Source: an uncultured Acidobacteriota bacterium (GTDB taxonomy: Bacteria > Acidobacteriota > Thermoanaerobaculia > Multivoradales > UBA5704). From it: DNA of 64,000 nt. Below the pieces are notes generated by a model. That model searched no databases. It saw only the letters and a program-made list of their open reading frames with translations, and had not been told where the DNA came from. Every line of letters begins with the position of its first letter. Position 1 is the first letter of the stretch. Positions 50,035 through 60,000 of this stretch are shown here, piece after piece. The stretch is from NCBI GenBank assembly GCA_963770895.1, contig CAVYRF010000002.1, positions 4,544,001 to 4,608,000 on the forward strand. The letters are read 5' to 3'. A program made the position numbers and the translations under genes.

Positions 50035-50711
50035 GCCGGTTCGTCGATCTCAGCCACACCGTCGAGCACGGCCTGGTGACGCTCAAGGGGCTGCCGGCGC
50101 CGGTCGTCTGCGACTTCCTGAGCCGCCAGGAGTCGCGGCAGATCTATGCGCCCGGCACCGAGTTCCACATCGGCAGGATCGACATGATCGCCAACACCGG
50201 CACCTACGTGGATGCCCCGTTTCATCGTTTCGCCGGCGGCAAGGACCTGGCGGAGCTGCCGCTGTCGTCGCTGGCCGAGTTGGACGCGGTGGTGATCCGC
50301 CCCGACCTGGGGGCGGGCGGCCGCGCCATCGGCGCGCGGGCTTTTGCGGGGATGGCGTTGGCCGGCAAGGCGGTGCTGTTCCAGACCGGCTGGAGCCGCC
50401 ATTGGGCGACCGAGCGCTACTTCGAGGGGCACCCCTTCCTGACCGCGGAAGCGGCGGTGGCGTTGCGCGACGCCGGGGCCGTGCTGGTGGGGATCGACTC
50501 GCTCAACGTCGACTCGACCGACGACGGCACGCGGCCGGCGCACACCACCTTGCTGGGCGCCGACATCCCGGTGTGCGAGCACCTGTGCGGTCTCGCGGCG
50601 CTGCCCGCGGCGGGATTCCGCTTCTCCGCCGTGCCGGTCAAGGTGCGCGCCTTCGGCACCTTTCCGGTGCGGGCCTACGCCGCGTTGGCCGCGGGGAAGT
50701 CAGGCAGGTAG
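50031..50711 (+). CDS. Cyclase family protein (kynurenine formamidase-like)
   Basis: DLSH, NTGTYVDAPFH, VGIDS, H..LL...IPVCEHL, FPVRA. Confidence 0.9.
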   Translation: MSRFVDLSHTVEHGLVTLKGLPAPVVCDFLSRQESRQIYAPGTEFHIGRIDMIANTGTYVDAPFHRFAGGKDLAELPLSSLAELDAVVIRPDLGAGGRAIGARAFAGMALAGKAVLFQTGWSRHWATERYFEGHPFLTAEAAVALRDAGAVLVGIDSLNVDSTDDGTRPAHTTLLGADIPVCEHLCGLAALPAAGFRFSAVPVKVRAFGTFPVRAYAALAAGKSGR

Positions 50712-50756
50712 GGCAGGCAGGTAGGGCAGGCAGGTAGGTGGCAGGGCAGGCAGGAC
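50701..50756 (+). repeat. Short low-complexity repeat (GGCA/GGTA units)
   Basis: caggcaggtagggcaggcaggtagggcaggcaggtaggtggcagggcaggcagg. Confidence 0.7.
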
Positions 50757-50854
50757 GCAAAACCGCCCCGCCTGCCGGCCACCGTGGGGTGACGGGCGGG
50801 CGGGGCGGATGCGATCGAAGGGCTGCCGACCGGCGGGGTCAGCGGGACCAGCCG

Positions 50855-51964
50855 CTAGATGCGGGCGATCGCGCGGCGCCGCACGTGCAGCACGGCGGCC
50901 GTGGCCAGCAGCAGGCCCAGGACCACCAGGCTGACCTGCGACAGGGTGGGCACTTCGGCGATCGGCTCGGCGGCGACGAAGTTGACGACTTCAGCCTCCT
51001 CGGCCGTGGTCATGCACTGCGTGGTGTTGGGCGGCAGGCTGACCAGCGACGCCGCCTTGGAGGCGGCCGCGGCCTTGGACGGCTGGTTGACGGCGAAGTT
51101 CATGATGATCTTGGTCTGGCCCGGGTTGAGGGTGAAGGTGTAGCCCCAATACGGGTTGTCGTTGCCGTTCTGGAAGAAGATGGCGGCCAGGGGCGTCGCG
51201 GCGCCGGGGCCCTGCATGATGTGGCCGAGCCGCGGGTCGGAGGTGGTGGTGCCGGAATAATTCTGGAATGTCGCCACCCAGGTGTCCGAGGTGTCCACCG
51301 TGGTGGTGCCGCTGGACGTGGCGGTGATGATGGTGTTGTTGTCGGAGCCCAGGTTGTTGCCGGTCTCCATCGTCACCGTGATCGGCGTCGCGCCGGTGTT
51401 GGTGAAGTAGTTGAGCCAGCGCGCAAACTCGTCGTTGTCGGGGACGAAGACCTTGCGGTACATCTGGAGATTGCCGGTCGTCTGGACGGGGAACACCAGC
51501 TGGCGGTTGACCTGGGACGTCGTGCCGAGACACTCGCTCGTCGGCGGGGCGCCGTTCTTGTTGTAGATCACGTAGTTGGCGTTGCCCGTCTCGCACGGTG
51601 CGGTGACCATGTTGTTGAGGCTGAGGCACATCGTCTGGTAGCCGTCGTACGAGTCGTTGAGCTGGCTCTGCGTCACGCCGCCGTTCAGGGTCGAAGCCGA
51701 GACCGAATGCGTGTAGGACGCTTCGGACATGGCCGCCGACGCGGAGCTGGAGGTGGAGAAGGTGATGTTGGTATTGATGAAGTACTTCATTCCCTGGGCG
51801 TCGATGAGGGCGATGGAGCCGGTGGCGTTGGCGCCGTGGCCAGATCCCTTGCCGGATTTGGCGGCCCTGGTCTTGGCGCTGCGGCGCTCCACCAGGGAGA
51901 CGTCGGCACTGGCCAGCGAAGCACACAGCAGACTGAGGATTGTCCAAGCAACGACTCGCCGCAT
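50855..51964 (-). CDS. Secreted protein with IPTL-CTERM sorting signal
   Basis: Signal peptide, Thr/Asn-rich body, C-terminal 'VPTLSQVSLVVLGLLLATAAVLHVRRR'. Confidence 0.85.
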   Translation of the reverse strand: MRRVVAWTILSLLCASLASADVSLVERRSAKTRAAKSGKGSGHGANATGSIALIDAQGMKYFINTNITFSTSSSASAAMSEASYTHSVSASTLNGGVTQSQLNDSYDGYQTMCLSLNNMVTAPCETGNANYVIYNKNGAPPTSECLGTTSQVNRQLVFPVQTTGNLQMYRKVFVPDNDEFARWLNYFTNTGATPITVTMETGNNLGSDNNTIITATSSGTTTVDTSDTWVATFQNYSGTTTSDPRLGHIMQGPGAATPLAAIFFQNGNDNPYWGYTFTLNPGQTKIIMNFAVNQPSKAAAASKAASLVSLPPNTTQCMTTAEEAEVVNFVAAEPIAEVPTLSQVSLVVLGLLLATAAVLHVRRRAIARI

Positions 51965-52177
51965 AGCTGTAGATCCCTCCTGGAAGAGTTTCAAGAGCCA
52001 GCCGATTGCACGCCGACGCGATTGCACACCGGCATTTGGGAACTAGGCACAACCTATGTGCGGACTATATCACAGGGGCCCCACCTGGCCACAACCCGCC
52101 GCAACCGCAACCCGCTGCGCGCCCGGAGTTTGGGCGGGCGTCTGGGGAGGCTCTGAGTTAGAATCGCTGCCCTCCTC

Positions 52178-54445
52178 ATGACCGCCGTCGCCGTCCCCAG
52201 CCGCCGCCCGTCCTTACGACAGCTCAGGGGGAAGCCGCGGCTTGGCTGGACCGCGGCGGCCGCCCTGGCCGGCCTGACCCTGCTGGGCGCCGCCGGCTGC
52301 GGCCGCGGGGAGCGGCCGAACGTGCTGCTGATCACGCTCGACACGACGCGCGCCGACCATCTGGGGTGCTACGGCATGCCGCTCGCCCGCACGCCGGCGA
52401 TGGACCGGCTGGCCAGGGAGGGCGTGCGCTGCACCGATGCGATCTCGGCGGCGCCGATCACGCTGCCGTCGCACTCCACCATCCTGACCGGCCTCTATCC
52501 GCCGACGCACGGCGTGCGCGACAACGGCACCTTCGCGCTGGGCAACGACGCGGTGACGCTGGCCGAGCGGCTGCACCGGGCCGGTTATCGCACCCAGGCG
52601 ATCGTTTCGGCGCTGGTGCTCAACCGCCGCTACAACCTGACGCGGGGCTTCGACGGCTACGACGACGACCTGTGGAGCGAGAACCAGCCGAAGCTGTTCC
52701 TGATCCGCTCGCGCCCCGGCCCCAGGACCGCCCAGCGCGCCGTGCGCTGGCTGGAAGGCTGGTGGGAGGAGCGGCCACGCCGGCCGTTCTTCCTGTGGAT
52801 GCACCTGTTCGACGCTCATCAGCCCTACACCGCGCCGGCCGGTGAACGGCTGCATTCGCCCTCGGTCTACGACGCCGAGATCGCCGTCCTGGACCAGTCG
52901 GTGAGCAAGGTGATCGAAGAGCTGCGGGTGGAAGGCGTCCTCGACAACACCCTGGTGATCGTCACCGCCGACCACGGCGAAAGCCTGGGCGAGCACGGCG
53001 AAAAGACCCACGCCATCTTCATCTATGACGCGACGGTGCGGGTGCCGCTGCTGTGGCGCTATCCGCGGCGGCTGCCGGCGGGCAAGGTCTACACGGCGCC
53101 GGTGCGCACCGTAGACATCGTGCCGACGGTGCTGGCGATCGCGGGGCTGCCGGGCGGCGGCGAAACGCAGGGGGTCGACCTGCTGCCGGCGCTGCGCGGC
53201 GAGGTGGCGCCGCCCGACCTGCCGCAGTATTCGGAGTCGCTGTTGGCGCAGGTGGACTTCGGCATGTCGCCTCTGTTCGGCATCCGCCACGGCGGCTACA
53301 AGTGGATCCGGGCGCCGCGCCCCGAGATCTACGACCTGCGCCGCGATCCGGGGGAGCTGGCCAACCTCTATCCGCGCGAGGCGCGCCGCGGCGCCGCGCT
53401 CGACCGCGACCTGGCCGCCGTGCTGGCCGACAGCAAGCGGCGGCAGCTGGCGCCGCAAAAGACCCTTCCCGACGCCGAGACCCAGCGCAGTCTGCGGGCG
53501 CTGGGGTACCTTGCGCCGGCCAGCGAGCGCGAGGCCATGGCGGGGCTGGACCCCAAGGACGCCCTGCCGCTGTACCAGAAGCTGGAAGAGGCGCGCCACC
53601 TGGCGCAACGGCAGCAGTGGAGCCAGGCCGAGGCGGTGCTGAGCGAGATCGTCGCGCGCCAGCCGGCCAACGTCTCGGCGCTGGGGGTGCTGGCCCTGGC
53701 GCAGCTGCACCAGGGCAACCTGGCCGGGGCGCGCGAAAAGTACCTGCGCATCCTGGCCGCCGATCCCAAGGATTCGCGGGTGTACCTCATGCTGGGCTCG
53801 ATCAGCATGCTGGAAGGGGACCTGGACGGCGCCGAGCGCAGCTATCAGAAGGCGCTCGCGGTCACCCCCGGCTTCGTCGAAGCACTGTCCAACCTGGGCT
53901 TGATCGCGGCCTTGCGCGACGAGGACGCGCAGGCCGAAAGCTGGTACCGCAAGGCGATGGCCGCCGATCCCACGTTCCCGATCGCCTACCGCCGCATCGC
54001 CGATCTCTACTACGACCGCGGCGACTTCGTTAAGGCGCTGGGCTTTTACCGCCAGGCCCTGGCCGAGCAGCCCAAGGATTTTGCCGCCGCCGTGCAGGCC
54101 GGCAACTGCGCCCGCCGCACCGGCGACGCTGCGCAGGCGGCGCGCTACTTCGACCGCGCCGCGCAGGAACGGCCCGACGCCTGGATCCCCAGATACAACC
54201 TGGCCTGCCTGGCGGCGGTGGGCGGTGCGGCGCCGCGCGCGCTCGCCCTGCTGGCCGCCATGCAGGTGCCGCCGCGGATCGCGCTGCTCGATTCCGATCC
54301 CGACCTGGCCGCCGTGCGCCGCCTGCCCGGTTTTTCCGCGGTGCGGCACAAGCTGGTAGCACTGGCCGTGGCCAAGCGTCGCGCCGCCAACGCACCGGCC
54401 GCGCCGTCCAGCCCTGAAGCCGGCCCCGACGACGACCTGGATTGA
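52178..54445 (+). CDS. Sulfatase-like hydrolase with C-terminal TPRs (lipoprotein)
   Basis: LITLDTTRADH, TLPSH, HLFDAH, ADHGE, TPR repeats, AAGC lipobox. Confidence 0.9.
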   Translation: MTAVAVPSRRPSLRQLRGKPRLGWTAAAALAGLTLLGAAGCGRGERPNVLLITLDTTRADHLGCYGMPLARTPAMDRLAREGVRCTDAISAAPITLPSHSTILTGLYPPTHGVRDNGTFALGNDAVTLAERLHRAGYRTQAIVSALVLNRRYNLTRGFDGYDDDLWSENQPKLFLIRSRPGPRTAQRAVRWLEGWWEERPRRPFFLWMHLFDAHQPYTAPAGERLHSPSVYDAEIAVLDQSVSKVIEELRVEGVLDNTLVIVTADHGESLGEHGEKTHAIFIYDATVRVPLLWRYPRRLPAGKVYTAPVRTVDIVPTVLAIAGLPGGGETQGVDLLPALRGEVAPPDLPQYSESLLAQVDFGMSPLFGIRHGGYKWIRAPRPEIYDLRRDPGELANLYPREARRGAALDRDLAAVLADSKRRQLAPQKTLPDAETQRSLRALGYLAPASEREAMAGLDPKDALPLYQKLEEARHLAQRQQWSQAEAVLSEIVARQPANVSALGVLALAQLHQGNLAGAREKYLRILAADPKDSRVYLMLGSISMLEGDLDGAERSYQKALAVTPGFVEALSNLGLIAALRDEDAQAESWYRKAMAADPTFPIAYRRIADLYYDRGDFVKALGFYRQALAEQPKDFAAAVQAGNCARRTGDAAQAARYFDRAAQERPDAWIPRYNLACLAAVGGAAPRALALLAAMQVPPRIALLDSDPDLAAVRRLPGFSAVRHKLVALAVAKRRAANAPAAPSSPEAGPDDDLD

Positions 54446-54548
54446 CCGGGGCGCCGGCTCAGGCGCCGGCGAGCGCCTGGCACGGACGGCGGACGTGGCG
54501 TGGCCAGGCTCGGTCGGGCGCGGTCAGGCGGATGGCTCGCTGGGCCGC

Positions 54549-55046
54549 TCAGGCGCTGCGCAGGGCCTTCTTGAGCAGGGCGATCTGGCCGGAGTGGTAG
54601 ACGTTGTGCTGCACCAGGCCGTGCAGCGTGACGTAGACGGTGACGCCGGCGCCGGTCGGCGCGTCGTACAGCAGGCCGATGCGCTCTTCCAGGCGCGATT
54701 CGTCCAGCGCGGCCACGTCGCGCAGCAGCTGCCGGTGCCGCTCCTCCAGCGCGCCGCGCGCCGCGGTCCAGGCCTCCTGGTCAGCATCTTCGCCGGCGGG
54801 TGCAGCCGGCCAGTCGCCCTCCGCCGGCTGTGCGGCGACGCCCGTCTGCAGCCGCTGGCGGATGGTTTCGATCCACGCGGAAACGTGCAGCGTGAGCTCC
54901 CAGATGTTGTGCACGCCGGCGAGCGGTCGCGCCGCCGCCTCGGCGGCCGTGACGTCGGCCAGCAACCCCCGCAGCGTCGGACCGTACCAGGCGTCCCCTT
55001 CCCAGGCCCGCTGCAGCTGATCGATCATCCTTGCCATTTCTTGCAT
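54549..55046 (-). CDS. DinB family protein
   Basis: AWYGP, HNIWELTLH, HNVYHSGQI. Confidence 0.9.
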   Translation of the reverse strand: MQEMARMIDQLQRAWEGDAWYGPTLRGLLADVTAAEAAARPLAGVHNIWELTLHVSAWIETIRQRLQTGVAAQPAEGDWPAAPAGEDADQEAWTAARGALEERHRQLLRDVAALDESRLEERIGLLYDAPTGAGVTVYVTLHGLVQHNVYHSGQIALLKKALRSA

Positions 55047-55133
55047 GAACCCTCCGGTAACCTGCCCCAGACGCAGCGGCGGCCCGGCGCACATCGTGCG
55101 CGCGGGCCGCATCAAGGCCGCTGTGCAGGCGGC

Positions 55134-55571
55134 TTAGCCGCGCTGCCTGGCGGAGGCGCGCATCACGCAGGCGCCGGCCAAGGCGAGAAAGCCCATGGCC
55201 GCGAAAAGCGGCAGATCGCTGGCCGTCTTCGGCAGCGTCGAGGGAGCGGTGTTGGAGCTTGTATCCGTGGTGGAGGTTGTCGTGGTGGTTGTGGTGTTGT
55301 TGCTGGTCGCCGTCGGGGTGGCGCTGTTGTCGGTGTTGTTGTTATTGCTGCCCGTCGTGGCGCTGGTGTCCGTGCTGCCGTTCTGCGGCGTCGTGGTCAC
55401 CGTGTTGCCCGCGGTGGCCGAGCTGGGATTGGGATGATCCATGGTCGCGCCGTACGGGTCGTGGGTGGCGCCGCCGCCGGGAGGGGCCGAAGTGGTCGGG
55501 CTCTGTGCCATCACCGCGAGGGCGGTGGCCAGCAGCAGGCTCATGCTCAAGGAGACGATCTTGCTGGTCAT
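55134..55571 (-). CDS. Small secreted Thr/Ser/Asn-rich protein with LPxTA sortase-type C-terminal signal
   Basis: Signal peptide, low-complexity body, 'LPKTAS' plus TM helix plus basic tail. Confidence 0.8.
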   Translation of the reverse strand: MTSKIVSLSMSLLLATALAVMAQSPTTSAPPGGGATHDPYGATMDHPNPSSATAGNTVTTTPQNGSTDTSATTGSNNNNTDNSATPTATSNNTTTTTTTSTTDTSSNTAPSTLPKTASDLPLFAAMGFLALAGACVMRASARQRG

Positions 55572-55666
55572 AAGAACCTCCTAGATAAGTGTCCGTTTCG
55601 GCGCGGCAGGGTCGAGGACCTGTCCAGGCTATCTGGTCGCGCCGTTCCAACGTCGGATTCCTTTGG

Positions 55667-55682
55667 TGCAACTCCAGTGCCA
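55667..55682 (-). promoter_or_regulatory. Putative sigma54 promoter
   Basis: Minus strand TGGCACTGGAGTTGCA, near-consensus. Confidence 0.7.
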
Positions 55683-55896
55683 ACCAAAACAGGGCGTGGC
55701 GGTGCCGATGATCTGCTGCTTGGTGAATCGCTTGACGTGGAGGGTTTTAGACGGATTCCGCCTCTGCCACCGACCGTGAGTTGGAGGGGGTGGTCTTTGT
55801 GCCATCTTTACGGTTGGATGGGTATTCTTTGTCGGCTTTACAGGGCTGCGGCGCTAGGTTTGAGCCGTGATCGCATCCCGTTGGAAAAAGGATTGG

Positions 55897-57087
55897 ATGA
55901 TGAGATTGGGTTGGTGGCTCCGGGTTGGATTTCGCTTTGGGTGCTGCTGCGTGGTGGCGGCGGGGCTGCTGGCGGGGTGTCATGAGGCGAAGCAGGGGGT
56001 GGAGCCGGCGGGGCCGCGGATTGAGGGCGACCGGATCGTATATCCGGCGGGGGCGTTGGAGCTGGCGTCGTTGACGACGGTGGCGGCGTCGGCGGCGGGG
56101 CAGGATACGGTGCGCACGACGGGGCGCCTGGCGTGGGACGAAGACCGCACGGCGCGGGTGTTCCCGCCGGTGGGGGGGCGGGTGCGGCAGCTGATCGCGG
56201 ATCTTGAGCAGCGCGTGCGGCCGGGGTCGCCGCTGGCGGCCGTCGAGTCGCCCGACTTCGGCCAGGCGCAGGCCGATGCCAGCCGCGCGCAGACCGACCT
56301 GGAGGTCGCGGAGCGCAACCTGGCGCGCGAGCGCGAGCTGTACGAGCACCAGGCGGCGCCGCAAAAGGATCTGGAATCCGCCGTGGCGGACCGCGACCGC
56401 GCCAAGGCCGAAAACCAGCGGGCGCGCTCGCACCTGGCGCTGCTCGGCGGCACTCCCGGCGCGGTGGACCAGCGTTTCGTGCTGCGCAGCCCGATCGCCG
56501 GCACGGTGGTCGACCGGGCGATCAACCCCGGCCTGGAAGTGCAGCCCGGCGCGGCTTCGCCGCTGTTCGTGATCTCCGATCCGTCCCGCCTGTGGGTCTT
56601 CCTGGACGTGGTGGAGCAGGAGCTGCCGCAGGTGCGGGCCGGACAGGAATTGGTCCTGCACAGCACCGCCTGGCCGGGGCGGGCGTTTCGCGGCCGCGTG
56701 GAGGTGGTGGGCGACAGCCTGGACCCGGCGACCCGCACGGTCAAGGCGCGCGGCGTCCTGGACAATCCGGACCACCTGCTGAAGGCCGAGATGTACGTCC
56801 AGGTGGAGGTGGAGGTCGGCACCGCCGCCACCGCGGGCGCGGCCGGCGCCGCGGGGGCCGCCGCGGTGCATCCCGCCGTCCAGATCCCCTCCGCCGCGGT
56901 GGTCGCCGACGGCGACCGGCACTACGTCTTCGTCGAGGAGGCGCCGGGCCGCTTCGAGCGGCGGGCGGTGCAGACCGGCGCCGAGCGCGCCGGCGAAAGC
57001 CAGGTGCTGGCGGGGCTGGCCGCGGGGCAGCGGGTGGTGGTGGATGGCAGTCTCCTGCTGCAGTCGCTGATGACCCCCGGGGCGTAG
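55897..57087 (+). CDS. RND efflux periplasmic adaptor (CusB/CzcB-like)
   Basis: LAGC lipobox, LRSPIAGTVV, LDPATRTVKAR, LKAEMYV. Confidence 0.9.
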   Translation: MMRLGWWLRVGFRFGCCCVVAAGLLAGCHEAKQGVEPAGPRIEGDRIVYPAGALELASLTTVAASAAGQDTVRTTGRLAWDEDRTARVFPPVGGRVRQLIADLEQRVRPGSPLAAVESPDFGQAQADASRAQTDLEVAERNLARERELYEHQAAPQKDLESAVADRDRAKAENQRARSHLALLGGTPGAVDQRFVLRSPIAGTVVDRAINPGLEVQPGAASPLFVISDPSRLWVFLDVVEQELPQVRAGQELVLHSTAWPGRAFRGRVEVVGDSLDPATRTVKARGVLDNPDHLLKAEMYVQVEVEVGTAATAGAAGAAGAAAVHPAVQIPSAAVVADGDRHYVFVEEAPGRFERRAVQTGAERAGESQVLAGLAAGQRVVVDGSLLLQSLMTPGA

Positions 57088-57095
57088 GCCGCCGC

Positions 57096-60000
57096 TTGTC
57101 GCAAACCCCGCAACCCCAAGCCGGGCTGCTGGCGCGCTTCACCGCCCAGGCGGTGCGCAGCCGCGTCGTCATCGTCGCCCTGCTGCTGGTCTTCGTGGCC
57201 GCCGGCATCGCCGCGTTCGAGCGGCTGCCGGTCGAGGCCTATCCCGACGTCACCAACGTCCAGGTGCAGATCATCACCCTGTTCCCCGGCCACGCCGCCG
57301 AAGAGGTCGAGCAGCTGGTCACCGTGCCGGTCGAAAACGAGATGAACGGCATCCCGAAACGGGCGTCGATGCGCTCGATCTCGCTGTTCGGCCTGTCCGT
57401 GGTGACGCTGGTGTTCCAGGACGACGCCGACCCGATCTACGTGCGCGCCCAGGCGTTCGAGCGCATGCAGGACGTCACCCTGCCGGCCGGCGCCCAACCC
57501 AGCCTGTCGCCGGATTCGACGCCGGTGGGCGAGATCTATCGCTACACGCTCGAAGCGCCGGCGGGATTTTCGGCGCTGGAGCTCAAGGCGCTGGAAGATT
57601 GGGTGGTCGAGCGCCGCCTGCGCACCGTGCCCGGCGTGGTCGACGTGGTGGGCTTTGGCGGCCCCACCAAGCAGTACCAGGTGCTGGTCGACCCGCTCAA
57701 GCTCAAGGCCTACGGCATCACGCTCAAGAACGTCTTCGACGCGCTGGCGGCGGGCAACCGCAACGCCGGCGGCGCCTACATCGAGCACGGCGCCGAGCTG
57801 TACGTGGTGCGCGGGCTGGGCATGGTGCAGAGCCTGGACGACATCGGCGCCATCGCGGTGGTCAGCCGCGGCGGCACGCCGGTGCTGATCCGCGACGTCG
57901 GCAAGGTGTCGGTGGGACCGGCGATCCGCCTCGGGCGGGTGGGCAAGCTCCTGGTCTGGAGCGACGCGCAGGGGCGGCGCCACGCCGGCGACCAGGACGA
58001 CGTGGTGCAGGGGATCGTGCTGCTGCGCAAGGGCGAGAACGCGCTGGCCGTGCTGGATCGCGTGCGCGCCGAAGCGGTCGAGATCAACCGCGAGCTGCCG
58101 GCCGGCGTGCGCCTGGTGCCGCACTACGACCGCACCGACCTGATCGATCGCACGCTGCTCACCGTGCGCAAGAACATGGGCGAAGGCATCGGCCTGGTGC
58201 TGCTGGTGCTGGTGGTGTTTCTGGGCCTGGGCAACTGGCGCTCGGCGCTGATCGTCGCCGCGGTGGTGCCGCTGTCGCTGCTGGGCGCCTTTTTGCTGCT
58301 CGACCTCTCCGGCATCCCGGCCAACCTGATCTCGATGGGCGCAATCGATTTCGGCATCATCGTCGATTCGGCCGTGGTGGTGGCCGAAAACCTGTTGCGC
58401 ATCATCGAGCTGCGCGGCGCCAGGCTGCGCTCGATCAGCGAGGCGATCCAGCAGTCGGTGGGGCAGATGGGCAAGCCGATCCTGTTTTCGAAGGCGATCC
58501 TGTTGACCGCCTTCATCCCGCTCTACACGCTGCAACGCGTCGAAGGCAAGATCTTCCGCCCGATGGCGCTCACCCTCACCTTTGCGCTCATCGCCGGGAC
58601 GCTGCTGGCGCTGTTCGTCGTGCCCACCCTGCTCAGCTTCGGCGTCAACCTCGCCCGCCAGCGTGCCGCCGCGCCGTCGCTTCTCGTCGAGCGCCTGCAG
58701 CGCCTCTACCGGCCGGCGCTCGACTTCGCGCTGCGGCACCGGGTGGCGGCGGTGGCGGTGGCGGTCGCGTCGCTCGGCGGAGCGTGGCTGGTGGGGGCGT
58801 CGCTCGGCTCGGAGTTCCTGCCCAAGCTGGACGAGGGCGCGCTGTGGGTGCGCATCACCATGCCGGGGTCGATCTCGCCCAGCGAGGCGGAGCGCGTGAC
58901 GCGCGAGGCGCGCCACATCCTGGCCAGCTTCCCCGAGGTCACCACGGTGGTCTCGCAGCTCGGCCGCCCCGACGACGGCACCGACATCAACGGTTTCGAC
59001 ACCGTCGAGATCTTCGTCGACCTGCTGCCGCGCGAGCGCTGGACCACGGCGCACGACCGCGAGGGGCTGTCCGACGCCATCCGCCGGCGCCTGGAGCGCA
59101 TTCCGGGCACCGACCTGACCGTCTCCCAGGTGATCGAAGACAACGTCAACGAAGCCGTCTCGGGCGTCAAGTCGGAGCTGTCGGTGAAGATCTTCGGCCA
59201 CGACCCGCTGGTGCTGCAGTCGCTGGCCGACCAGGCGACGGAGGTGCTCAAAAAGGTCAAGGGCGCCGCCGACGTGTCCGCCGAGCGGCTGGCCGGGCAG
59301 CCGCAGGTGCAGATCGTCCTGGACCGGCAGGCGATCGCGCGCTCCGGCTTGACCGTCGACGACGTGCAGTCGGTGGTCGAAACGGCGCTGGGCGGCAGCG
59401 TCGCCAGCCACGTGCTGGAGGGGGAGCGCACCTTCGACCTGGTGGTCAAGATGTCGCCGCTGGCGGTCTCCGACCTGGACGCCATCCGCGCCCTGCCGGT
59501 GCTGGGGCCCAACGGCGAAAAGTTCACCCTGGGCTCGCTCGCCCACGTCGTCGTGGCGCCCGGCTTTGCCCGCATCTACCGCGAGGAGAACGCGCGCCGC
59601 ATCGCGGTCAAGCTGTCGGTCGACGGCCGCGACCTGGGCTCGCTGGTCGAAGAGGGCCAGCGCAAGGTCGCCGCGGCGCTGCACCTGCCGCCCGGCTACC
59701 AGCTGTCGTGGACCGGCTCGTTCGAAAACCAGCAGCGCGCGGTCAAGCGCCTGGAGCTGATCGTGCCGCTGACGCTGGTGGCCATCTTCTTCCTGCTCTT
59801 CCTGGCGTTCAACTCGGCCCGCATGGCGGTGCTCATCCTGCTCAACATCCCCTTCGCCGCGGTGGGCGGGGTGCTCGCCCTGTGGCTGGCCGGCCTGTCG
59901 CTGTCGGTGGCCTCGCTGGTGGGTTTCATCGCTCTCTTTGGCGTGGCGGTGCAGAACGGCGTGCTGATGGTCGAGCGCATCCGCGAGCTGCGCGACCGCG

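Noticed and set aside
50701-50810. GGCAGGTAG repeats and a GC hairpin between convergent genes as a functional element
   Set aside because: Low-complexity slippage repeat plus a probable bidirectional terminator. There are no spacers and no further evidence of function.
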